NCBI GenBank assembly: GCA_018645265.1
Contig: JABGOS010000118.1
Coordinates: 7,855-71,854, forward strand
DNA length: 64,000 bases
Direction of reading: 5' to 3'
Source of the DNA: Deltaproteobacteria bacterium
Lineage (GTDB): Bacteria > UBA10199 > 2-02-FULL-44-16 > JAAZCA01
The position numbers were made by a program, and so were the translations under genes. The number at the start of each line of letters is the position of its first letter. The first letter of the stretch is position 1. Positions 10,627 through 19,687 of the stretch are shown piece by piece. The notes beneath the pieces were generated by a model. That model worked only from the letters and a program-made list of their open reading frames with translations. It ran no database searches and was not told the origin of the DNA.

Positions 10627-11341
10627 GCTTAATCATATAGTGGCTCTTTTTGTAGTGATTGCATTGCTTATCTTGTCCACCGAGGGATTTTGTGTGAAGC
10701 GCTCCTATCCTGCAGGGACGCCTACGAGGTCGATCCAGGATTTGGATGATATGTTAGATGATTTTATTGTGAAGCCGAAGGGAGAGAAGCTGACCCCTGA
10801 GGAGGACGCCAAGAATAGGGAGCTTAAACAGAAAATTATACATGGCACCTTCGATATACGTGAGTTAGCAGAGCTGTCGTTGGCGAAACACTGGGCAAAA
10901 AGGACGGATAAGGAACAGGGTGAGTTTGTAGATCTCCTTACTAACCTTCTCGAAGAGAAGGCCCTCTTTTCTAAAGAACAGTCTGCAGCAAAGAGTAAGA
11001 GCGGAGGAAAGTATACAGTAACGTATCGTGGACATAAGTTTATGAATAAGAGTCAGACTAGGGCTTATGTCAGAACAAGGGTTACGGTTCCTTCAGAGAA
11101 TATAACGATCACGTTGAATTATAAGCTCAAGAAAATGGACGGTGAGTGGAAGATCTATGATATCATTGTCGATCAGGCGAGCTTGGTTGCCAATTATAAA
11201 TATCAGTTTAACACCATTATAACCAAGAATAGTTATAATGATCTCGTGCAGCGAATGACGGGGAAGTTGGATGAGCTTAAGCTGAAGCGAGGTGCTGATA
11301 CTCAGCCGCAAAAAGCTACTAAAGCAAAAAATAAGAAATGA
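10616..11341 (+). CDS. MlaC/Ttg2D-family periplasmic phospholipid-binding protein
   Basis: Signal peptide and the family signature WKIYDIIVDQASLVANYKYQF. GGAGGGG SD precedes the internal ATG at 10616. Confidence 0.6.
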   Translation: MRIKLNHIVALFVVIALLILSTEGFCVKRSYPAGTPTRSIQDLDDMLDDFIVKPKGEKLTPEEDAKNRELKQKIIHGTFDIRELAELSLAKHWAKRTDKEQGEFVDLLTNLLEEKALFSKEQSAAKSKSGGKYTVTYRGHKFMNKSQTRAYVRTRVTVPSENITITLNYKLKKMDGEWKIYDIIVDQASLVANYKYQFNTIITKNSYNDLVQRMTGKLDELKLKRGADTQPQKATKAKNKK

Positions 11342-11427
11342 ACGTTTAGATTATACGCGTCTAAATGTTGAGGCGTTGAACGTGGTTAGATCTCTCAGCA
11401 CGTAAATGCCTAGGTAATCGGACATCC

Positions 11428-12831
11428 ATGTACAACAAATCAATTATAATTCTTGCAGATGGGACACGAGCCGATATCTTCGATGAGTTAGTTGCCAAGG
11501 GTGATCTTCCTAATATTTCAAAATATCTCATAGAACCAGGCTCGAAGCTTCCTGCCGTCACGACGTTTCCCTCTACTACTGGGCCTGCTCATCTGCCATT
11601 CCTTACAGGGTGTTTCCCAGGTACCTGTAATGTTCCTGGTATACGTTGGATGGATAAAGCGAAGTACGATGCGGGAGCCTTCTTCAACAGTTATCGTTCG
11701 TATGTAGGGTTTGAGAGCTTCTGCATGGCGAGTGACATGTGGCCCCATATTAAAACTGCTTTTGAACTGATTCCCAATTCATACAGTATTTTTAATTCTA
11801 TTGCTCGCGGTGCGAAGGGCCGACGTAATTTTACGAAGATCAGTCGGATCTGGTACTGGTATTACGGTCATCTGACTGATCGCTGGGGATTCGTCGATGA
11901 TATGGCTTTGAAAAAGTTACTTCAGGTGCTGGAACGTGATCCTGCCTTCGTTTTTACCGTATTTCCGGCTACCGATGTATATGCTCATTTGTCATATCCC
12001 CATCATGAGAGGGTGATCGAGCAATATCGCCGTATGGATGGTTATGTAGGGAAATTGGTGGATACTCTAGTTGCTCGTGGCGAGATGGATACGACAGCGA
12101 TCTTCTTGGTGAGCGATCATGGTCTTTCAAAAACCGATAAACACTTTTGTGTAAATACATTTTTAGAGGATCACGACCTGCCTCCCTTTTTCTATCCGCT
12201 GATCTTCAAGAAGAAGGGAAAACTTTCCGCTAATATGGTGTCTGGTAATGCGATGACGCATCTATATTTCAGGAATAAGGATGGCTGGTCGAGGCGAACT
12301 ACAGTTGATGAGCTGAAAAGTATTTCACCTAATATAATCGATGATCTTTTGGAAGAAGCCGCTGTCGATATTGTTTCGGTACGTAATGGGGAAGGCGGAG
12401 CGGATGTATACAGCAGGAGAGGGCATGCTAGGGTGCGCCTTGATGGGTCGACGCTCCATTATGAAGTAAAGGGATCGGATCCCTTTGGGTATAAGAAACT
12501 TCAATCTGATTTAAGTCCGGAGCTTTCATTGAATAAAACTTGGGAGACGGAATATCCCGATGCACCATTTCAGATTGCACATCTCCTTACGTCACCGCGG
12601 GCTGGCGATCTTATCATTTCGGCTACTCCCGGTTTTGATCTTCGTGTGAAGTATGAACATCCTGAACACTTCGCATCGCACGGATCACTTCATACTAGTC
12701 ACATGCGGGTGCCGATAGTTTCGAATGTGAAGTTTGAGGAAAGGCCAGTGCGAACTGTTGATGTCTTTCCGACAGTTTTAAAGCTTTTAGGTCATGATAT
12801 ACCCGGTCATATCGACGGTGAGCCTTTATAG
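11428..12831 (+). CDS. alkaline-phosphatase-superfamily protein (type I phosphodiesterase / nucleotide pyrophosphatase-like)
   Basis: N-terminal IIILADGTRADIF metal-site motif, TTFPSTTGPAH, and the superfamily hallmark VSDHGLS. Confidence 0.6.
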   Translation: MYNKSIIILADGTRADIFDELVAKGDLPNISKYLIEPGSKLPAVTTFPSTTGPAHLPFLTGCFPGTCNVPGIRWMDKAKYDAGAFFNSYRSYVGFESFCMASDMWPHIKTAFELIPNSYSIFNSIARGAKGRRNFTKISRIWYWYYGHLTDRWGFVDDMALKKLLQVLERDPAFVFTVFPATDVYAHLSYPHHERVIEQYRRMDGYVGKLVDTLVARGEMDTTAIFLVSDHGLSKTDKHFCVNTFLEDHDLPPFFYPLIFKKKGKLSANMVSGNAMTHLYFRNKDGWSRRTTVDELKSISPNIIDDLLEEAAVDIVSVRNGEGGADVYSRRGHARVRLDGSTLHYEVKGSDPFGYKKLQSDLSPELSLNKTWETEYPDAPFQIAHLLTSPRAGDLIISATPGFDLRVKYEHPEHFASHGSLHTSHMRVPIVSNVKFEERPVRTVDVFPTVLKLLGHDIPGHIDGEPL

Positions 12832-12987
12832 ATCATAATAATATCTAACAATATCATATAGGTACGATAAGTGTAGTGGCCAGGCCGCATGCTCATTCTG
12901 GTGCTATAAAACTAGCAACTTTCTTCAATATTTCCCGATAATTACAATAGTTGTAGGGCACAATAAAAGTGATGAGGAGAGTGTGAA

Positions 12988-14865
12988 ATGGTTGATCCAA
13001 TTAAAATCAGAGTGGGCGATTATCAGTTAATAGATAATGGTAATGGCGTGTACAACCCGGAGTGGGATGCGGGAGATAGGTTGGTCAACGATGAGGGCGT
13101 TCTTGTTTCGGAGAAGGATGAGAAGGTTCAGCAGTTCTTGAAAGAGCATGGCCTGGATACGTTCCACGGTTTGAGAGTGAGGGAGTTTGCAGACTATGTA
13201 ACGGTTTTGAGGCAGGAAAAAGTAAAACTCAAAAGTTGTGGAAGTGAGAAGGAGTGTATTGAAGGCTATAAGAAAGTTCAGGAAGCTGCAATTAAATCCT
13301 CAGTATCAGCGAACCTTGAATCTGTGCTCACAAAGCAGCTGATTGAGACGATGGGTGGAAATGGTTACCTTGTACCTCTTTATTTTGCTTCCAGTGAAGC
13401 GACATATGGAAATGTCGGAGGCCTTGATAAGGCTCTTGGAATGGCAAAAAAATTGGCTGATGCATCTGGCGTTGATGCGACCGCGAGAATAGATTCAATA
13501 AAACATAAGGGGTATACAAAGGCTATTGAGCAAGCACATGAGCATGCAGAAGGATATGTGGAGAAGAAATATTCTGGCTGGTTGGCGAATATGAATGGCT
13601 CTTTGAATCGTGTCCTGGACCTTCTAAAAGCAACGAGACTCAGTGGTGATCTTCTTTTCGCTACAAAGTTCATCGGGAAAACCGTAGTTGCCGTTGAGAA
13701 AACTCGCAAGGAAGGTTACCGTCAACATGCTGATGGTTATCTTAAGGTAGCGGATGGATATATAACGAAAGCTTATTCCGGTTGGTTGCAGAATATGGAT
13801 GGCCAGCTGGCTGCTGCGGAGAATACTGCTACGGAAGGTAAGGTGATTGGAGAGTTTACGGCCAGAATCATAGAGACGCGTAGGAAGGGCTACAAACAGA
13901 TGGTTGATGGTCTGGTTGGTCAAGCAACACGATATATGGAGCAAGGATATTCCGGTTGGCTTCAGAATATGAATGCTAACTTGGACCAAGCGATAACCTT
14001 CGTAGAGGCTAAGGTTCAAGGAAAAGAGGAGTATGTGTTTACAGCAGAGGTTCGTAAGGCAATGCTTGCCGCTATTGAAGCAACGAGAAAGGACGGATAT
14101 CGTAAGGATGCTCAATTGTATATCACGCAAGCGGAAGCATATATAACAAAACATCATAGTGGTTGGCTGCCAAATATGGATGGTCAGCTGGCTGCTGCAG
14201 AGAAAACTGCAACGAAAGGTAAGGTGATTGGAGAGTTTGCAGACAGAATTATTGAGACGCGTAGAAAGGGTTATAAACAGATGGTTGATGGTCTGGTCGG
14301 CCAAGCAATACAATATGCCGAGAGGGGACATTCCGGTTGGCTTCAGAATATGAATGCTAACTTGGACCAAGCGATAACCTTCGTAGAGGCTAAGTTGCAA
14401 GATAAGACAGAGCATGTCTTCGTTGCTGCTGCTAAGAAAGGGATGTTTGCCGTTATTGAAGCGGCAAGAAAGGACGGATATCGTAAGGATGCTCAATCGT
14501 ATATCACGCAAGCGGAAGCATATATAACAAAACATTACAGTGGTTGGTTGCAGAATATGGATGGCCAACTGGCTGCTGCAGAGAAAACTGCAATTAAAGG
14601 TAAGGTGATTGGAAAGTTTGCGTCTGATATTATCAAGATGAGAAGAAAAGGTTATACGCGTAAGGTTGATGATCTCATAGCCTCCGCGAAGAGCTTAATA
14701 GCCAGGAGATATTCTGGCTGGAAGACTAATGCAAGTGGCGAGTTAGATAGAGCCGTCGAGTTTGTTAAGGCAAAGATACCTGGCAAAAAAGAGGATGTTT
14801 TTTCCAGAGCTCAGCAGGAGAAGAAGTTAGAGGAGATCGCAGCAGTCAGGACGGAAATAAAATAA
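12988..14865 (+). CDS. tandem-repeat protein of unknown family (YSGWLxNM[D/N]GxL repeats), cytoplasmic by sequence
   Basis: GGAGAG SD. At least 7 repeat modules alternate between two types (GY[KR]..YSGWLQNMDGQLAAAE and GYKQMVDGLVGQA..YSGWLQNMNANLDQAITFVEAK). No signal peptide or TM segment. Confidence 0.7.
   Translation: MVDPIKIRVGDYQLIDNGNGVYNPEWDAGDRLVNDEGVLVSEKDEKVQQFLKEHGLDTFHGLRVREFADYVTVLRQEKVKLKSCGSEKECIEGYKKVQEAAIKSSVSANLESVLTKQLIETMGGNGYLVPLYFASSEATYGNVGGLDKALGMAKKLADASGVDATARIDSIKHKGYTKAIEQAHEHAEGYVEKKYSGWLANMNGSLNRVLDLLKATRLSGDLLFATKFIGKTVVAVEKTRKEGYRQHADGYLKVADGYITKAYSGWLQNMDGQLAAAENTATEGKVIGEFTARIIETRRKGYKQMVDGLVGQATRYMEQGYSGWLQNMNANLDQAITFVEAKVQGKEEYVFTAEVRKAMLAAIEATRKDGYRKDAQLYITQAEAYITKHHSGWLPNMDGQLAAAEKTATKGKVIGEFADRIIETRRKGYKQMVDGLVGQAIQYAERGHSGWLQNMNANLDQAITFVEAKLQDKTEHVFVAAAKKGMFAVIEAARKDGYRKDAQSYITQAEAYITKHYSGWLQNMDGQLAAAEKTAIKGKVIGKFASDIIKMRRKGYTRKVDDLIASAKSLIARRYSGWKTNASGELDRAVEFVKAKIPGKKEDVFSRAQQEKKLEEIAAVRTEIK
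13740..14640. repeat. about 378-bp tandem DNA repeat, roughly 2.3 nearly identical copies, internal to the repeat-protein gene
   Basis: 13775-14152 versus 14153-14530 are identical by eye apart from scattered substitutions (e.g. ggatggccagctggctgctgcggagaatactgc / ggatggtcagctggctgctgcagagaaaactgc). A partial third copy follows at 14531-14640. Confidence 0.8.
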
Positions 14866-14892
14866 TTGCTGGTATTTAATGTTAATGACCGG

Positions 14893-14921
14893 GGCTACCT
14901 TCTTGGTAGCCTTATTTTTTT
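14893..14921 (+). terminator. rho-independent terminator after the repeat-protein gene
   Basis: ggctacc-ttctt-ggtagcc hairpin followed by ttattttttt. Confidence 0.6.
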
Positions 14922-15119
14922 ATGTAACTTCTTTGCATCATCCGTAATGTCAATGGGATGATATTCGTTGGAATTGGGAGAATGGTCTGGAATGCATACC
15001 TGTCATTTCCTCTTGAAATCCTTTCACTTCATCTATATGGTCAGCCTTCAAATTGAACGGGAGGTTTGATGGCGACGCAACACGTTGAAATAACAAATAA
15101 AATTAATAAGGAGAATGAT

Positions 15120-16415
15120 ATGGAAAAGCTTCCATTTAAGGTGAAGGATATTGAACTGGCTGAATGGGGTCGCAAGGAGATGAGGCTGGCTGAGCAGGAG
15201 ATGCCGGGGCTTATGGCGATTCGCGAAAAATATGGACCCAAGAAGCCTTTGAAGGGTGCGCGTGTTGCGGGATGTCTTCATATGACAATTCAGACCGCTG
15301 TGCTGATTGAGACATTGATCGAACTCGGTGCAGATGTGCAGTGGTCCAGCTGCAATATCTTTTCTACACAGGATCATGCAGCAGCCGCGATCGCGAAGAC
15401 TGGTGTTCCAGTTTACGCATGGAAGGGTGAAAGTGAGGAGGAGTATGATTGGTGTATCGAACAAACTCTTTACTTCAATGATGGCCAGCCCCTTAACATG
15501 ATTTTGGATGACGGTGGTGATCTCACTGCGATGGTTTACAATAAATATCCGAAGCTCCTTGAAGGTATCAAGGGTATCTCCGAGGAGACGACAACTGGTG
15601 TTCATCGACTCTATCAGATGATGGAGAAGGGCAAACTCAAGACACCATCATTCAACGTAAATGATTCAGTAACTAAATCAAAATTCGATAACCTTTATGG
15701 CTGTCGCGAGTCGCTCGCTGATGGCATCAAGCGTGCGACCGACATCATGGTCGCCGGTAAGGTTGTAGTGGTCGCCGGATACGGGGATGTTGGTAAGGGT
15801 TGCGCTCAAGCGATGAAGGGTCTCGGAGCGCGCGTCATTATAACCGAGATTGATCCTATTGTCGCGCTTCAGGCGGCGATGGAAGGTTATGAAGTTAAGA
15901 CGATGGAGGGCGCCATTGCTGAAGGAGATATTTTCGTCACTGCTACCGGTTGCTGTAAGGTTATCACTGGCGATCATATGTCGAAGATGAAGGATAAGGC
16001 TATAGTGTGTAACATTGGACACTTCGATCATGAAATCGAAATGGCATGGTATAATGATCATCCAGAGGTAAAGAAGATGGAGATTAAACCTCAGGTCGAT
16101 ATGTACACATTTCAGGATGGACACGCTATTATAGTTCTCGCGGAGGGAAGGCTTGTGAATTTAGGCTGTGCAACGGGTCACCCCTCCTTCGTGATGAGCA
16201 ATTCTTTTACAAATCAGTGTCTCGCTCAGATAGAGATGTTCACAAAGAAATATGATGTAGGCGTCCACATGCTTCCGAAACAGCTGGATGAAGAGGTTGC
16301 AAGGTTGCACCTCGATAAGCTGGGTGTGAAACTCACAAAACTTACCAGTGAACAGTCGAAGTACCTTGGAATACCAGCAGATGGGCCATACAAGCCATCG
16401 TTCTACAGGTACTAA
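15120..16415 (+). CDS. ahcY: S-adenosyl-L-homocysteine hydrolase
   Basis: [17 protein letters not shown]-terminus, NAD-binding [16 protein letters not shown], and HFDHEIE. AAGGAGAA SD 8 nt before the ATG at 15120, which lies inside the ORF-track TTG ORF. Confidence 0.9.
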   Translation: MEKLPFKVKDIELAEWGRKEMRLAEQEMPGLMAIREKYGPKKPLKGARVAGCLHMTIQTAVLIETLIELGADVQWSSCNIFSTQDHAAAAIAKTGVPVYAWKGESEEEYDWCIEQTLYFNDGQPLNMILDDGGDLTAMVYNKYPKLLEGIKGISEETTTGVHRLYQMMEKGKLKTPSFNVNDSVTKSKFDNLYGCRESLADGIKRATDIMVAGKVVVVAGYGDVGKGCAQAMKGLGARVIITEIDPIVALQAAMEGYEVKTMEGAIAEGDIFVTATGCCKVITGDHMSKMKDKAIVCNIGHFDHEIEMAWYNDHPEVKKMEIKPQVDMYTFQDGHAIIVLAEGRLVNLGCATGHPSFVMSNSFTNQCLAQIEMFTKKYDVGVHMLPKQLDEEVARLHLDKLGVKLTKLTSEQSKYLGIPADGPYKPSFYRY

Positions 16416-16461
16416 TTATAGGTGTCCTTGATTCATCAGTTGTTAGATCGATAGGGCTATC

Positions 16462-17073
16462 GTGGCAAAAAAATACATAGCTATTGCAGGGAATATGGGG
16501 TCGGGGAAATCGAGCCTAGTCGATTTTCTCTGCAAGCATTTCAAGCTTAAGCCATTCTTCGAATACAATGATTGTAATCCTTTCCTTCCGCTATTTTATA
16601 AAGATATGGAGCGTTGGGGTTTTCATTCTCAGATGCACTTTCTGACACATAAGTTTCGCATCCATCGTGAATTGGATAACTATCCTGATACGGTTGTACA
16701 GGATCGTTCCATCTATGAGGATGCGGAGATTTTTGCCTACAATCTTTATCGACAAGGGTGCATGTCGAAGGATGAGTGGCATACCTATCATGATCTCTAC
16801 GAGACTATGGTGAATGCTATAGAGCCTCCAGACCTTCTTATCTACCTGAGGTGTCCTATTCGAACGCTAAAGAAGAGGATTGAGGGTAGGGGGAGGGCGA
16901 TTGAAACATCGGTGCCGGATGAATATATTAAACGTTTGGAGCGGTACTACAAACGATGGTTAAAAAAATACGACCGTTCCCCGGTGCTTGAGCTTTCAAC
17001 TGAAAAGATGGATTACATCGAAGATTTCCTTCACAGGCAGGACCTCTTAAAATCAATTTCGAAACATTTGTAA
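16462..17073 (+). CDS. deoxynucleoside kinase (dAK/dGK/dCK family)
   Basis: P-loop IAIAGNMGSGKSSL, DRSIYEDAEIFAYNLY substrate-site region and ERGR-type LID (IEGRGRAIE). Confidence 0.8.
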   Translation: MAKKYIAIAGNMGSGKSSLVDFLCKHFKLKPFFEYNDCNPFLPLFYKDMERWGFHSQMHFLTHKFRIHRELDNYPDTVVQDRSIYEDAEIFAYNLYRQGCMSKDEWHTYHDLYETMVNAIEPPDLLIYLRCPIRTLKKRIEGRGRAIETSVPDEYIKRLERYYKRWLKKYDRSPVLELSTEKMDYIEDFLHRQDLLKSISKHL

Positions 17074-17074
17074 G

Positions 17075-17128
17075 AAAAGTGTCCGACACTTTTTTCCAAT
17101 TATCCCAGAAAAGTGTCCGACACTTTTT
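17075..17128. repeat. two copies of the palindromic element AAAAGTGTCCGACAC-TTTTT immediately after the dNK stop
   Basis: 17075-17095 and 17109-17128. Each is an A-tract, the palindrome GTGTC-C-GACAC, then a T-tract. Confidence 0.8.
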
Positions 17129-17154
17129 GAGGTGTGATGCCCACTGCGTTCCGA

Positions 17155-17229
17155 TTATGGTACGAGCATAACGTACATCAGCAGGACAATCAGTGACAGT
17201 GGAACGAGTCTAACTATGAGATATCGCAT
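17155..17229 (-). CDS. candidate small hydrophobic peptide, 24 aa (MRYLIVRLVPLSLIVLLMYVMLVP)
   Basis: ATG preceded by GGGAGA-aagcc. The peptide is entirely hydrophobic or membrane-like. It lies inside the 420-bp islet bracketed by the palindromic elements. Below the ORF-track size cutoff. Confidence 0.25.
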   Translation of the reverse strand: MRYLIVRLVPLSLIVLLMYVMLVP

Positions 17230-17434
17230 GGCTTTCTCCCAGGTTATTTGAAATTCTATAATGCAAATATTAAGCCATCTACGTCGGAGAATGATGGCCG
17301 TATAACAGCATGAAATTATTAGAAAAGATCAAAATCTAAGGGAGAATCGAAGAATTCTCAGCCTGGGAAAGAGAAGGTGTTTTTATCAGGATGAGAGGAC
17401 CTGCTGATAATTACTGCTAAATTGCTTCTAAACG

Positions 17435-17494
17435 CAAAAAAGGTGTCGGACACTTTTTTGGTGAAAATTCTAATAAGTGTCGGACACCTTTTGG
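17435..17494. repeat. two copies of the palindromic element (AAAAAAGGTGTCGGACAC-TTTTTT and AAGTGTCGGACACC-TTTTGG) just 3' of lemA
   Basis: 17435-17459 and 17475-17494. Same core as the other copies, in the complementary orientation. Confidence 0.8.
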
Positions 17495-17506
17495 TTTGAA
17501 TGCTGA

Positions 17507-18094
17507 CTACTGTGCTGCAGGTTGTGTGCTGAAATCAACTTTTGGGACATCCTTGGCCGAGTCGGAAGCCTTGAAATATGCATCTTCCTTCGAATATCCA
17601 AACAAACCAGCTATCATATTGTTGGGAAATCTACGTACGAACACGTTGTACTGTTTTACCACTTCATTATATCTCTTTCTCTCAACAGCGATCCTGTTTT
17701 CCGTGCCAGCCAGTTCATCCTGAAGCTGAATGAAATTGGTGTTAGCCTTTAAGTCAGGATATCTCTCTACGACGAGAAGAAGGCGTGAAAGGGCGGCAGT
17801 CAACTGATTGTTCGCAGCTATTTTGCCGGGGATAGTAGTTGCTCCGCCGACCTTAGCTCTTGCCTCCGTAACCTGGGTGAATGTGTCCTTTTCGTGTTTA
17901 GCATACCCCTTCACGGTGTTTACAAGGTTTGGAATCAGATCTGCCCTCCGCTGTAGAACATTTTCAACCTGAGCCCATGCGGTTTCCACGCTCTCGTTTA
18001 ACGTTACGATCGAATTATATTTTCTCATACAGCTGGAGCCTAAGATGATTACTGCCAGCACTACGATACCTGTTATGATCCATTTTATTTTCAT
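17507..18094 (-). CDS. lemA: LemA family protein
   Basis: N-terminal TM anchor followed by a LemA-type helical domain (AWAQVENVLQRRADLIPNLVNTVKGYAKHE ... RRFPNNMIAGLFGY). Internal ATG with GGAGAA SD preferred over the ORF-track start at 18106. Confidence 0.85.
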   Translation of the reverse strand: MKIKWIITGIVVLAVIILGSSCMRKYNSIVTLNESVETAWAQVENVLQRRADLIPNLVNTVKGYAKHEKDTFTQVTEARAKVGGATTIPGKIAANNQLTAALSRLLLVVERYPDLKANTNFIQLQDELAGTENRIAVERKRYNEVVKQYNVFVRRFPNNMIAGLFGYSKEDAYFKASDSAKDVPKVDFSTQPAAQ

Positions 18095-18131
18095 ATGATT
18101 CTCCAATTGTAAGTCTAATCTATTAACTCAA

Positions 18132-18839
18132 TTAGAACTGCATCCTATCGACAAAATCCGTGATGACAGTCAACTCCGTTATATATCTTTCAAACATTTC
18201 CAACGCCTCATCACCCCTTGGCATCAGTGATTCACCAGTGCGAGACTCAATAATCTGTAGGAAAATCTCAGTGTTGATATCTACCTCAGCAGATATTAAT
18301 TCCACTGTGGCCTTAGCCTCTCGGGGAGGCTTCTTGCCGAGCAGTCGTAATGCTCCCCTGAATGTTGCGAGAAATGTAGGAAAGGATTTAACCATAATTT
18401 CTGATATCAACTTCGGTTTGTTGCAGTTCTCAGCGTAGAACGCCCTGAGATGAAGCAGCTTTCCTTTCAACTCACTTTCGCATTGATGTCTTAAGTTTTT
18501 CGGGTCGACAGATATCCCTTCGAGCGGATCCTTGCCGAGCAATACTTTATGCTGGTCCTTGATGTCCATGAATTCCATTGGAAATACATCAAGGGATGTC
18601 TCTATATGTTTGGTGTCGAAAAAATGGGGAGGGGGGTTTCCTTTTTTTACCCACTTGCGAACAATTGTATTCGATTTCGATAGTGCACCCGGAGATGGCT
18701 CGTCGATCACGCAGAATATGTTGAAGTCTGAAAACTTTTTTGAATAGTTATTGCTAGCTGCGGAGCCATATAGAACAACAGATTTCAGCTGTTCGCCATA
18801 GATACGTTCCAATTCATGTGCTAGTTGATGTGGTGTCAT
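18132..18839 (-). CDS. nucleotidyltransferase-fold (Pol-beta superfamily, minimal NTase) protein
   Basis: hG[GS]x9-13D.D pattern: VVLYGSAASNNYSKKFSDFNIFCVID. Helical C-terminal half. Confidence 0.55.
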   Translation of the reverse strand: MTPHQLAHELERIYGEQLKSVVLYGSAASNNYSKKFSDFNIFCVIDEPSPGALSKSNTIVRKWVKKGNPPPHFFDTKHIETSLDVFPMEFMDIKDQHKVLLGKDPLEGISVDPKNLRHQCESELKGKLLHLRAFYAENCNKPKLISEIMVKSFPTFLATFRGALRLLGKKPPREAKATVELISAEVDINTEIFLQIIESRTGESLMPRGDEALEMFERYITELTVITDFVDRMQF

Positions 18840-18861
18840 AAAAATCTCCCGTTATTTGCGT

Positions 18862-19602
18862 CTACCATCCGCGAGAGGCTCCTCCGCCTCCGGAAAGCCC
18901 ACCGCCGAATCCTCCAGAACCGCCTCCGAAGCCGCCACCTGTTCGTCCGCCACCGCCTCCGAAGCCACCGAGGAAGAATAGGAAAAGCCATGGATGGCGG
19001 ATGAAGAGGTATCCCATGACGAGCAGCATGAGGATTTTCCCCAGAATGCTCAGGGGGCCTTTTTTCTTCTTATACTGAGGCAACCCTTCGTATGCCTTAA
19101 TTTCTTTCTGTGGATCAAATTGCAAATTCTCATTTGTGACCACGGTGTCGACTATCGATATAGTTCCATTAGCAACGCCACGGCTGATCTCGCCGCTCTT
19201 AAAAAATGGAATGACGACGCGATCCATTATTCTTCCGGCGAGCGCATCGTTTATAGCGCCTTCAAGGCCGTATCCAACCTCTATGCGCATCTTCCTCTCA
19301 TTCGGTGCAATTAGGAAAAGAACTCCATTATCTTTTCCCTTCTTTCCAATACCCCATTTTTTAAAGAGCTCTACGGCATAGTCATCGATAGGCAGTTCAT
19401 CCAAGGAGGAGACTGTCGCAACCGCCACTTCCACGCCAGTCTGTTTTTCAAAGGATGTAAGGAAAGATGTGAGATCCCTTTTTGTCTGAGCATCAATGAT
19501 GCCAGCTGAATCGGTTACAAATCCTGCAGGCTTAGGAAACTCTGCGAGGAGTGTTGCAGGTAGAAGACATAGAAAAAGTGTTATGAATAAAAGACGTTTC
19601 AT
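18862..19602 (-). CDS. TPM-domain (YgcG-like) secreted/membrane protein with Gly-rich C-terminal tail
   Basis: Signal peptide. TPM fold motifs FVTDSAGII, VEVAVATVSSLDELPIDDYAVELFKKWGIGKKGKDNGVLFLIAPNERKMRIEVGYGLEG. A TM segment, then a GGGFGGGSGGFGGG tail. Confidence 0.8.
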   Translation of the reverse strand: MKRLLFITLFLCLLPATLLAEFPKPAGFVTDSAGIIDAQTKRDLTSFLTSFEKQTGVEVAVATVSSLDELPIDDYAVELFKKWGIGKKGKDNGVLFLIAPNERKMRIEVGYGLEGAINDALAGRIMDRVVIPFFKSGEISRGVANGTISIVDTVVTNENLQFDPQKEIKAYEGLPQYKKKKGPLSILGKILMLLVMGYLFIRHPWLFLFFLGGFGGGGGRTGGGFGGGSGGFGGGLSGGGGASRGW

Positions 19603-19687
19603 TGAGGGGCGTCTATAGCCGATAATGCCCTGTGTGTAAAATCAAAGTTGAGTCGCTATAAATTCGGTAGAAAGGGGATGGTTCGGC

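Noticed and set aside
13624-14568. 314-aa antisense ORF inside the tandem-repeat protein gene
   Set aside because: It lies entirely antisense to a gene with a strong SD and terminator. Its own periodicity mirrors the sense-strand repeat, so the open frame is a by-product of repeat structure.
14922-15119. Possible SAH riboswitch in the ahcY leader
   Set aside because: The roughly 200-nt leader was scanned by eye for the conserved SAH-riboswitch GC-rich pseudoknot core and none was found. The leader is AT-rich, so there is no support.
17075-17128. Reading GTGTC-C-GACAC as a hairpin with a 1-2 nt loop
   Set aside because: The loop is sterically impossible. The realistic fold pairs GTGT/ACAC, extended by the A/T flanks with a 3-nt loop. 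The interpretation of the element was revised accordingly.
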